DNA of 60,630 bases from Octopus bimaculoides. Taxonomy: Eukaryota. A program made the position numbers and the translations under genes. Location: assembly GCF_001194135.2 (NCBI RefSeq), contig NC_068998.1:4178305-4238934 (forward strand), in the 5' to 3' direction. Positions 26,101 through 38,753 of this stretch are shown here, piece by piece; position 1 is the first letter of the stretch, and every line of letters begins with the position of its first letter. The notes beneath the pieces are model-generated. The model had not been told where the DNA came from. It made no database searches and saw only the letters and a list, made by a program, of their open reading frames with translations.

Positions 26101-29100
26101 CTTGATTGTTTAATGTCTCTCTTCCATACTAGTAGGGGGTTGAGCTGTTTGAATGGATTCAATAGGTCCGAGGACTGCATCAAACTCCAGTATCTACTTT
26201 GGGTGGAGGTGCATGGCTTAGTAGTTAGGTTGTTGGAGTCCTAATCACAAGGTTGTAGTTTCAATTCCTGGAATGAGTTACACATTGTGTTCTTGAGCAA
26301 AACACTTCATTTCACATCACATCAGTCCACTCAGCTGGCAAAAAAAGAGTAAACCTGCAATGGACCAGCAACCAGTTCTATGAATCTGTGGAGGCACATA
26401 GCTTAGTGGTTTGGGTGTTTGAAAGTTCAATCCCACATTCCCCTCGGTTCACATCCTGTTGATAAAGTCAATTCTTTCTTTAATTCCGTTGTTCTTTAAT
26501 TCCAGGTTAAGATTCATTCAGACTATTCCAAAGACGTATCTTATAACAAAAAACATGATTGGGAGTATAAACAATTACTAGTGGTAAGTCAGCCATTTTT
26601 ATTTATTGTTTGGAATACGGCCATGCTGGGGCACTGTCTCTAGTTGAACATATCAACCCTAGTTGTTTTTTGTTTACCAACCAACATTAGAGGCCACTTC
26701 ATAGTTGCTCTACCTGCTGGAAATAGTAGCAAAATCTCCCACAAATCACATCCTTTTATCTTGTATAAGGACAGTTCAAGTTAGCTGTTGTAGTTCTAAA
26801 GTGACCCCTAAAGTGATGTCATGGCTTTACCATAGAGCCATGCCTAATTGTAATCTTTTGACTGCTCATTTGATTAATAAAATGTCACCCTATATCCTAA
26901 CCCTAAACTGTAACCCAGATCAGGTCATTTCACAGCATAAAGGATCCTGTTGTGTATTTTTTTTTTATTTCATGTTTGTATTTGTAGTATTTATTTTATT
27001 TGCTTTTATTTATTTGTTCCCTCCTTTTCTGTTGTGTTTTTCCATACCACAGAATTTTAGCTGGGATACCCGATTCTATCGCTATTGCCTTGCTCACCTC
27101 TTCACTTTTCAAAAATTCCAAGATGGGGTCCTTGGATTGGCATATATAGCATCAGAACGTCTTAACACAGTCGGCGGTATTTGCTCATCACGTAAGTAAT
27201 CTTTCTTCTCATTGGTCAGTTATTTAGACAGTTTGATCAACTGGTTGGTCAGTTTGTTGGTCAGTCAGTCTGTTCGTTGACCAGTTGGTCGGTTGGCTAG
27301 TCATTTGGTTGACTGGTCATTTGGTTGATCACCCGTTAGGTTAGTTAGCTGTTTGGTCAGTCAGTTGGTTAGTTGGTTGGCCAGTTAGCCAGCTGGCCAG
27401 TCAGTCTGTTGATTGATAAGTCAGCTAGTCTGTCAGTCAGTTGCTTTTTAAGTAGAGCTTGTCTCAGTTGCCATTTGGTAATTATAACATGCCCTCTAGA
27501 GGCAGAAATAATTTCAATAAGTGTTGATTTTATGTTGTATGGTATTTGACATACCTGTATTAGTCTCTGTTGTTTAAATACAAACCATAGTTACTCTGAG
27601 TTGTTTCTCATAACTCTTTTTTTTCGTTTAAACATTTATCATTGACACCAGCCATATCTGGTCAAACTATTTTACTTGTTTTATGTTCAAATTGGCTAGG
27701 TCTGGCCTCTTACACCTGCCCAATATCATCATCGAAATCTCAATGTTGCTGATGCTATCAGGACAAAATCCCCCCCCCCACCCACGAGGACAAAATCCCC
27801 CAAGGATAAAACTCCTCCAAACAAATTTTACACAAAAATTTAAACTAATAAATATTCAAAATTTTTTTGGTAAAATTTCTCTTCCCTAAAATATTTTTAT
27901 TGTAAAGAAAGAACAATTCCCCAGGGGATATTGACTGCCAGGGGACTAGGGGTCTTTGTCCTAGCACCACTACTGATAATGCATAATTCATTCAAAACAA
28001 TGTGAATAATTAAACATTGCGTTTGACAGAACAATCTGATTGCTAAAGGGTTAAATTATGCAAATTACCAACACCATAAATGTGTTTTTACTCATTTTGC
28101 ATTTGTTTAAGTTCCTTGCTTACCGGAGATAGGTTAGGGCAGCTGCTGTGCTGATGAAGCCTATTAAGGCAGAAACATGTGTCCATGACTGTCTTCTTGT
28201 CCTGGGTTTGGCTCAATTGGCTAAAAATGCTTTGAGCCTATGTCCCAGCATGGCTGCAGTCTATGACCAAAACAAATTAAAGATGCGTAATAGATACATG
28301 CAATGTATTTTACAGCTTTTTACCAAGATGGAGTCTTCATGACTTTGAATACTGGCTGGAGCAGTTCAATGAACACGCAGGGTCACCGTATTCTCACTCA
28401 AGAAGCCCAAATTGTTACCGCCCATGGTAAGTGGATCTTTTTATTGTTGTTGTTGTTGTTTTTGTTGCGATGTTGACATATAGGTGGGTCACAGCCAGCT
28501 GCGATAGGTGTGGATGTCTGGGAATTGTGATCCTGGGATCGAGGATAATGCTGAGGTCATTTTTGTGTGGTATGTAAAATATGGGGATTAGCTGTGTGTG
28601 CAATATAATACCTAGTTTTATGTATAATATGATACTTAACTATGTTGTTTGATCATATGATTGTTGTTTTATTATACGGTGTCTGGTTGTATGATGTAAC
28701 TGCTTCTAGACAAATTATTGTCTGATTATATGATAAAACAAACTGGATGGATTATTATCTGATTGTATGATGTAAATATACTGTCAATGTATTGTATGTT
28801 GTTTGAGTGTGTGTTATATATTGTTTGATGATAGTATGATGTAATAGATTGGACAAATTATGTGATTGTATGATATAAATATACTGTCAACGAATTTTAT
28901 GTAGTTTGATTGTATGACTTGATGTGTTATATGTTGTTTGATGATAGTATGATGTAATAGACTGGTCAGATTATTGTATGATATAAATGTACTGTTGATG
29001 TATTACATTCATTTCCTTTACAATATATTTTCTTATATTTTTTTTTCCACCAAATGCTGTGTCCATCCTTAACAGAAATTGGTAAGTTAGCATTGTCTAA

Positions 29101-29440
29101 ATCTTTATATTTTTGCATCCCACAACACAATACTGAATAATGTGGTGCTCCAGAATGGCCATGGTAGTTAAAACAAACTGAATACTGCCACCACCAAACT
29201 GCATTTTCCATATGGTTTAGTTACTCCTTGTTTGGGTAGTGATTGGTCATCTCATGTCCAAGCGTCCAGTACACAGACAAAAGCACAACTGACTGCTTTG
29301 ACAAGAAGCTTCCTTCCCAACCATATGGTTTTCGGTTCAGTCTTACTGTGCAGCACTTTGTGCAAATGTCTTCAGTGACAGCCCTGAGCCGACCAATGTT
29401 TTGTCTCTGAATTCGGTAGATGGAAACTGTGAAAGTCTGT

Positions 29441-29533
<93 letters not shown>

Positions 29534-32500
29534 CATTTGCCATGTTGGACCGCTGAACTCTACAAATTTTTTTCATTCTCTCTGTGTTAATTTTTCATTT
29601 ATTTTCTCTTATTCCTTTCTGTTGAAGAGCCTAGGTTCAAAACATAAAAAACTTTTTCATTTTCCCATGTGTCAAACTAATGCACCTGCTTGTTGTTCAC
29701 ACACCTGTCTTCATCTTTTGTTTTTCTATAAATTTCAACTATATCTACTACATATGTGGAAATCTGTGGGTGTGTTTGTTTGTAGCATTGTTGTCTAACT
29801 CCTCCTACATCGTTTTATCAATTTTGATGAAACTTGACACGTGAGTAGAGCTCATGTCTGGAAAACTAGTGACATACTTAAATTGTCGAAAAAATCGATA
29901 ATTGTGCCCCTGGAAGGGATTCTTATATCTACTACATATAACTAATATATTATTTTTAAACATCCAAGGGAAATAACCCATTTGCTCCTGAAAGGGATCC
30001 TTATATATATAGCCAAGGGAAATAACCAATTCATTTTCCTAGATTATTTGGTATAAATCAAATTGAGTATGCTTATTTCTTAGTATTTGAACTATATTTG
30101 AGTTATTTTCGCAATTTATGCAGTACAACACTTAAACAAGTAAATAGTATTTTCCTAAACAATAGATCCACTTATTTCGATTAGTGACTTGTCCACAAAT
30201 ATACCAACACTAGCACCGCTGAGGGTAATATTCTCTGTGAATGCACAAAAGATTTTTCCTGAGTTGTTTACTTTGAATTGTTATTATCTCATATCTAATT
30301 AGCCTGTTATTGTGTAACATGTTTTTTTTTTTGTTTTTTACATCAGGCCATAACTGGGGTAGTGAGCATGACCCAGGCGAGGGCATCTGTTCCCCTTCAT
30401 CATTTGACAATGGGAAATTCATCATGTACCCCTATGCTGTTACAGGGTATGAATTAAATAACTGGGTGAGTATTTTTGTTTCCTTGCTTTTGGCTTTTTT
30501 TTATTTATGTTTTTTTTTAAATATCTTCTTTATATTGTTAAAAAGTCAAAATGGAAATTGTAGTTGTGGCCAATGCCAGTGCCACCTGATTGGCACCCGT
30601 GCTGGTGGCACGTAACAAGCACCATTCAAGCGTGGGTTGATGCCAATGCCGCCTGATTGGCTCCCTGTGCTGGTGGCTCTTAAAAAGCACTATCCAAATG
30701 CAATTGATGCCCCCCACCCCCGTCTGGCTCCTGTGCCAGTGGCACATAAAAAGCACCATCCGAATGTGGCCAATGCCAGTGCCACCAACTGGCTCCCATG
30801 CTGGTGGCACATAAAAGGCACCATCCGAATGTGGCCAATGCCAGTGCCACCCAGCTGGCTCCCGTACCGGTGGTACATAAAAAGCTCCCACTACACTCTG
30901 AGAGTGAAGGATGTCTCCAACTGTTTTGTATGTGGTGGACTGGTGGTGACGATACACATAAAGTGTATGAGCAGTGGGGAGGGGGAAATATGTGTGGGTT
31001 CAAGCCTTGCTGTCTTGATATTTCATGTTGATTGCTAACGAACATCAGCCACATGCAAACAGTGTCCGGCATTTGCAATCTGCCATGAAAACATGTCTGG
31101 CCATTGTGCTGTTTCTGTTTAAGGATTGAAGGGAAATAGCAATTCTTAGAAACAGATTAGGTAGGGTTGGTGACAGCAAGAGCGTCTGGCCAATGATGAC
31201 AATGATGAGAATGTGCTAAGCTGGTTTTTTTTATTGTTTTTCTTTTCCCAGAAATTTTCACCTTGCAGTAGGAAATTTATAAACAAAGTATTGTTAAGGA
31301 AGTCCACAGCTTGTTTCTCAGGTATGGTCAGTTTTTTTTTTTCCTTTTTCCACTTCCATCATTATAGCCGCTACCATCCACATCATGACTGTTGCTACCA
31401 CCACAACCATTTCCACCACTCCCACCTCCATAGTCACATCGTCTCTACTACCACCATCACCATCATATAAGTGACACTTCCTTTATCATTTCTCTTTGAC
31501 AGATGGGAGACAGTTTAACTTCTGTGGAAACGGTAAAGTTGAAAAAAGCAGAGGTGAAGAATGTGATGGTGGCTTTTTGGCCAACAGTGCTTTTGACCAT
31601 TGTTGCACTGACAAATGTGTGTTTGGCCCTGGTGCCGAGTGCAGGTATTGTATTATTCCGCCGTCTTGGAGTCAGCCTTTGGTTTGCTGGGAGGGAAGAG
31701 GGGTGGCCCTGTTGTTATCTTTTTACTTGTTTCAGTCATTGGTCTGTGGCCATGCTGGGGCACCACTTTGAATTGGCCCCAGTATTTGCTTGTTTAATGT
31801 CTGGCACTTATTCTGTCAGTCACATTCCATGCTGGTATTTCGGTCCTTCGTCATCTCATGCTGCAGCACTAGGATGTTCATTTACTTACTGAAAGGCAAC
31901 ATTTCATTCTGTTGATATTTCTGAGAGTCACAGACCTCATGCATAGATCTCAAGTGTTGCAAATCTTCCTGGGTGTCCTTCATTTACCATTTTCAATTCT
32001 GCCAGAAGCAAATCAATTCTATACAGGTTTCCCCAGAACATCATTGCAACTGACCTTCCTAGTTTATGCCACTTAATGCGAAACGTTCTCCAGTGACTAT
32101 TTCATAGAGAAATACAAAAATTTGACTGTTATTTCTAGCAGGTTAACTAACCACATTAGCACTTCCTCATTATCTCTCTTATTCATATGTGTTGTTGCCT
32201 GATTGATTACATTTATTTTACTTATTCATTATCCTAATGCACCAAATTAATTTCTGTCCCCCGTTTATTTCTTTCAGCCCTGTCAACCATGAATGTTGCA
32301 CCCGAGACTGCAAAATTGCCTCTAAAGGGGTCTTATGTCGGTCAGTTATAGGGGATGCCTCTGATTGTCTCCACAACTCCACCTGTACATATCCTTTACA
32401 TCTCATGTTTTACTCCTTTGGAGTTTATGGGGTTTGCCTCTTTTGTGTCATAAGACACAGAATTTGGGAGCAAAGAGCCAAATATTATGCCGGAACCCTG

Positions 32501-33759
32501 CTGGGATTTTTTTTATTTGATTCTGAATTTATTTGTTTTTTTTGTTTGTCTTTTTTATATTATTATCTATATCTTTGTCTCTACTTTTACAGTACATATA
32601 TATGTGTACATATATCTGTCTCTCTCTCTCTCTATATATATATATATAACTACACTCTCAGAGTGGTTGGCGTTAGGAAGGGCATCCAGCTGTAGAAACT
32701 CTGCCAAATCAGATTGGAGCCTGGTGTAGCCATCTGGTTTCACCAATCCTCAGTTAAATCGTCCAACCCATGCTAGCATGGAAAGCGGACGTTAAACAAC
32801 GATGATGATGATATGTGTGTGTGTATGTGTGTATATAAACACACACACACAGATAGATCTAAGTGTATATGTGTGTGTGTGTGTGTATATATTCACACAT
32901 GAGAAAATGGAGAGGATTTAGAATTGACAGACATCAGCTGGTAAACATTGAAGTATGTCTGTTTATTCAAATGTATTGGATGAATACAGTCACATGTATG
33001 AGTGGTACAGATTAGCGAATGGAAAAAGCTGGTAACTGCATAGACAATGGTGTGAATACCTATAAGCATATAGAAACAAGTGAAGTGATGGAGATAAGAG
33101 TGGACAAACGAAAGAAGGGTACTCAACACATTTATTGGGAGTTACATGTATGGATGAAAGCAATTTGATTCGAGCATGATGCTAACCTTCAACCATTTCA
33201 AATTTAAAATGGCTGAAGATTAGCATCACACTTGAAACCTCAGAATACCAACGAATTTGAATCAAACTGTTTTCATCAATATATGTGCGTGTGTGTGTGT
33301 GTGTAAATGTCGAATGAGAATGAGTGCTCAACAACACATTGGTGGATAAAATTTCTTAATTTTTGTATTAAGGCTACCATTGGTTTCATGTTAAGAAAAA
33401 TATCTTAATATCTTAACAGTCTTTCTTGCACAACTCTCTGGTGGTGGTGGTGGTCCACTCTCTCCGTTTATCTACCTCTTACCATCCCTCACTCAGTCGC
33501 CCTTTATGTTCAGTGAACTATTTTCTCCCCTGTGGGTGTTTACTATTCTTTTCATCTTTGTAAGCGAAATGAATTTTATTGCCTTAACATTGTTACTGGA
33601 AACAATTACAATTGTCCGACACCTCAGTTTAAATACGATAACACCCCATGTTTGGATGGGTAAGTATTATGGCTCTCTTCTATGTATAATGTGTGTGTGT
33701 GTGTGCAAGTTTGGTACAACAAACTGGAGAAATAGAACTCAATACATGTCCAATCTATT

Positions 33760-33801
<42 letters not shown>

Positions 33802-34390
33802 CAGTGTACATCTAAACACATAAGAGACATCCATCATATGGATTCCTTGCACGCTAGAAAGAACAGTTAAATTCCATACCGCTATTTAGGGATAAAACTT
33901 CAAATGGATTGAAAAATAAAAACATGTATAAGCATGAGGCAGATACTGGATTGCCTTGTGTATATATGTTTAATCTAGGTGTACCTGCTGAAGAAGACTT
34001 CGCCTAGTAAATTATTTTATTTGCTAAAATAAGTCTGGAACCAATGGTCCAGGAGTTAGATGGTAAATGTTTTTATTTTTCATTCCATTCGAAGTTTTAT
34101 CCCTAAATAGTGCTATGGAATTTAACTGTTCTTTCATGGCTATGATGCTCCCCCACTACTTCTGCTTGTGATCAGAGATGCACATATCGTCAGCCACCAA
34201 GGGACATGCTCAACTGGTTAAGGTCAAACAACTGACAAGCAAATCTGTGGTATTAAGCAGAATATTTGCTGTAGACCATCTTTTATACCAAGACAAAACA
34301 ATGTACATGATAACACTTCCAATCAGTTAAGATCAGAAGCCATGAGAGCCACTGCCTGGTACTGCATCAGGGCTATTATTATTATTTACA

Positions 34391-34445
<55 letters not shown>

Positions 34446-35469
34446 GGCTGTCTGGTTAAGATGTTTCTTTTGGAACTACATGGTTTTGGGTCTAACCCTA
34501 TGCATGGCACCTTGGTCAGGTGTCTTCTGCTATAATCCCGTATGTGTGTGTGTGTATTCACTTAAACACATATACACACAAAAATATGGGAACAAAAGGG
34601 TTAAAGTGATCTAATCTCAATTACTTCTTTTACAGTGGCAAATGTAAACAAGGGAAATGTTTACCCTTCTGTGAAGCTCGCAATGTAAAATCGTGCATCT
34701 GTGATAATGGTAAGTGCAAGGCCTTCAGAGATCTTTTTTTATATTTAAAGTAGAACCTCGGCTTACAAATGTCTCTCATCTCAAACAAATCAGTTTGCAA
34801 ACAATTTCTGAAACATAAAACATCTTGGGTGATGAATAGTATCTTGAGTAACAAGTGCACAAACTGGCATCAAAGGGTGGCAGCAATCTGCAAGTATCAG
34901 AAGGTGACTGTTAGTTGATGCCTCACTCAGTGCGCATCCCTGCTTAAACTTGATGTGCTTCCCCCTGAATTTTCTGTGGGACAAAATAGTCTTGATTTAT
35001 AAACATATCAGGTGACAAATGGCCTTCAGGAATGAATTGAATCCGTAAACTGAGGTGCTACTGTGCGCGCGCACACACACACACACACACGCACACACAC
35101 ACACACACACACANNNNNNNNNNNNNNNNNNNNNNNNNNNNNNNNNNNNNNNNNNNNNNNNNNNNNNNNNNNNNNNNNNNNNNNNNNNNNNNNNNNNNNN
35201 NNNNNNNNNNNNNNNNNNNNNNNNNNNNNNNNNNNNNNNNNNNNNNNNNNNNNNNNNNNNNNNNNNNNNNNNNNNNNNNNNNNNNNNNNNNNNNNNNNNN
35301 NNNNNNNNNNNNNNNNNNNNNNNNNNNNNNNNNNNNNNNNNNNNNNNNNNNNNNNNNNNNNNNNNNNNNNNNNNNNNNNNNNNNNNNNNNNNNNNNNNNN
35401 NNNNNNNNNNNNNNNNNNNNNNNNNNNNNNNNNNNNNNNNNNNNNNNNNNNNNNNNNNNNNNNNNNNNN

Positions 35470-35505
<36 letters not shown>

Positions 35506-38500
35506 ATTTATGTGTGTGTCTGTGACCGGCTTCTTTCAGTTTCTGTCTGCCAAATCCACTCGCAAGGCTTTGGTCAGCCCAAGGTTATATAGAAGGTGCC
35601 GTGCAGTGGGACTGAACCCAGAACCATTAGCTTCAAAGCAAGGTTCTTACCACACAGCCATGCTTACGATATAATTGTTTATTTCTAGAAGGACATTGTA
35701 GGATCAGTGTAAAAGGCTGAATCTGGCCAGTTTGAACATAAAACGGAAAGAATGTAGGGGCCGGATATGACTAGTTTAAACCCCTAAAAATTCAAGAGTG
35801 TATAGATACCTCTTTGTTCTGTTTCTCTCTATTCTGTTTGCACATGATGACTTGTGAAATGTTCGGTAGTTGACCGATTCCTCTGACTGTATCTGCATTT
35901 CCTTTCAGTGACGGATGCTTGCATGCGATGTTGTTACGGCCATGACAAGATATGCAGACCTTATGACAAACTCTCATTGCTGCCGAATGGTCGACCTTGC
36001 GCTCAAGGATACTGTGTTGATGTATGTACTTTTGTTGTTGCTGTTATTGTCGTCGTTATTTACTCTTTTACATGTTTCAGTCATTTGACTGCGGCCATGC
36101 TGGAGCACCGCCTTTAGTCAAACAAATCGACCCCAGGATGCTCGTATCATGATTTTTTATGTGCTACCTGCATGGGAGCCAGTCCATTGGAACTGCCGTT
36201 GACCACACTCGAATGGCGAGTGAGTACCTCATGAACTGTCATTTGAGTATAAAGACAACGTTTATTGAAGATAACCCAAGAAAAGACCAATTCTTCATTC
36301 AGCTGAGAAGCTCTATGCCTCACCATTTCTATTCACCAGATGTAGCGCCATCAGATTTTCACTTATTCGAATTATCTGAACATTTTACCAGTTATAAAAG
36401 CATCCAGAATCTGGCCTGATGTCGAAACGGCACTACAAATATATTCCTCTTCTAAAGAATCTGATCTTTTTGCTTTTGATTTTTTTGGATTTTTTTTTTT
36501 TGTCCATGGAATCAGAAAACTGATTTTGAGGTGCAAAAATGTTATTGCTAATAATAGTGATTATATTTTGAATTAATAAATATATTTACGATGTGTTTTA
36601 TGCCAATTTAAACTCATTACATGAAATGCAACATATATCTGTCTCTCTGTCTCTCTCTCTGTATATATGTGTGTATATATGTGTATATATACGTGTGTCT
36701 CTCTCATCTTCAGGGTGTATGCAAGAGAGTGGTTCGCAACATTATTCAACGATTTTTTGATGTTTTTGAGAAGGTTATCACTGATGACTTTGGTATGTAT
36801 GATGAAATTCTTTACAAATTTATATACCCTTTATTTCAATTATACACCCTCTACCTTAATTATACACCCTTTATCTCAATTATACATCCTTTGCCATAAT
36901 TATATACCTTCATTACCTTCATTATTCACCCTTTATCTCAATTATTTGGTTTGAGTTGGACAGTTTACAAAATCTGATGAGTTGGAGGACTGCGTTGAGC
37001 TCCGACGTTGTCTGCTTTGGTATGGTTTCTATGGGTCGATGCTCTTTCTAATGTGAACCACTTTACAGAATACACACCGAGTGCTTTTTATGTGTTTCTA
37101 GCACTAGCATGTTGCAAATTGCAAAACTACAAGACCTAAAGAGGCTCCAATAAGTGAATGAGAATAGGAGAGAGGGTATGGTGGATCTAGGCAAGGTGAT
37201 GAGAGAGGGTAAATATAATGAGAGAAATGGTTTTATTATGGTGAGAGGGTGGTAGTGGAGAGAACAACAATATAGATGACACTATTAGCGGGTGGGGAAA
37301 TATGGAAGGAAGAGAGAAAGGAAAGGAATCGGTTTTAGGTACTAGTGAGAAAGGAAGGGACAGAATGGTTAGCATTATGAGATGGGTTGTTTGATAGGGA
37401 CTCTGTTGCTGTCCTACATTATTGGGGCAAGTATAAGCCGAAGGTAGGCGGGAAAGGGAACATGAAGTAAAGAAATAGACGAAGGTAGTAAAGATCATAG
37501 CACACAGAGCTGTTCTCTCGGTTGTTCAGAAAAAAAAGACATTAATGCAAATTGATAGAACTCTGTTGAAATATCAGTAACCAAAATACTCCTTAATGCA
37601 TAATATGTGTTCATTTCTTGTTCTGTCTTCAGGGGAGTTCATGAAAACCAACATTGTTACGACAGTGATAATCTTATCGATGTTTATATGGATACCAGCA
37701 AGCTGTTTGATTTCTCGCTATGTAAGTAAGGAAATCAAAACAACACAGTTTCTTTTTATTGCCGGTGGGGAACGGTAACTCAAGATCTCATCATCANNNN
37801 NNNNNNCATCATCATTTAATGTCTGCTTTCCATGCTGACATGGGTTGGACGGTTTGACTGAGGTCCGGCAAGCCAGTAGGCTGCACCAGGCTCCAATCTG
37901 TATATTGTTGTTGCTGCTGCTTCTGTTGTTACTATTGTTTTTGTTCTTTTGTCTTTCTTCCTATTTTTTCTGCATCTTGTTGTTGTTGTTGTTGTTCTTG
38001 GGTTCCTTCCACTTCTTTCTCTGCCTTTCCCTTCCTCCTGTCTTTCTTCTCTTCCTCCTCCCCTTCTTTCTCCTTGTCTTCTTTCTTCCTCCTCCCTCAC
38101 TAATACTATGGCATTATTTTCCCCCACCATTCATTCTATTACAGGACAACCAGCAACGCTTAAAAGATGAAGAAGAAAACGCATGGTACAGCCCTTTGGT
38201 AAATACCTTTTTTTACTTTCTTTCTTTTTATTTTGAGCCACCCTGTATGTATATATTAAACAATGTGTAAACAATGGGCTTCTTTCAGTTTCTGTCTACC
38301 AAATCCACTCAAGGCTTTGGTGAGCCCAAGGCTATAGTAAAAGACACTTGCTCAAGATGTTGCACAGTGGGACTGAACCCAGAACCATGTGGTTGCGAAG
38401 CAAGCTTCTTACCACACAGCCATGCCTGTGCTTATTATATATTTACATATTTATTCATAGGTTCAGGCTCTTACCACACATCTATGCCTGCGTATAGAAA

Positions 38501-38712
38501 CACACACACACACGTATATATATATATTTGGAAAAAAATGACTAGAAATGGCTTCTCTGATAATTTTATCCACTTTAATAATCAGATGTTTGTTAACCAT
38601 TCATTCAATGTTTACAAATCGTGACTCTTCTGTGAGTTTCCTCATTTAAAAGTGGTTTTCAAACTGATAATTTCTGTGTAGGTGGGGCTGTTGAAATAGG
38701 AACACACACACA

Positions 38713-38753
<41 letters not shown>

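Noticed and set aside
29066-29075. TCCTTAAC before the microexon as a U12 branch point
   Set aside because: It abuts the AG (branch A would be only 3 nt away), and the upstream donor is U2-type GTAAGT
29615-29645. ttgaagagcctaggttcaaaac as a hammerhead
   Set aside because: Both core boxes are mutated (TTGAAGA, CAAAAC); at best a dead relic of a repeat
28427-30346. ADAM17 as a naturally inactive pseudo-protease (HGHNWGSEH)
   Set aside because: A well-flanked 6-nt exon restores HEIGH exactly, and all other catalytic features are intact
30560-30905. CRISPR-like array
   Set aside because: Eukaryotic DNA; the units are degenerate tandem copies without unique spacers
38184-38192. Alternative donor TG|GTACAG in exon 22
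   Set aside because: Weak site giving phase 2, incompatible with the downstream phase 0 exons
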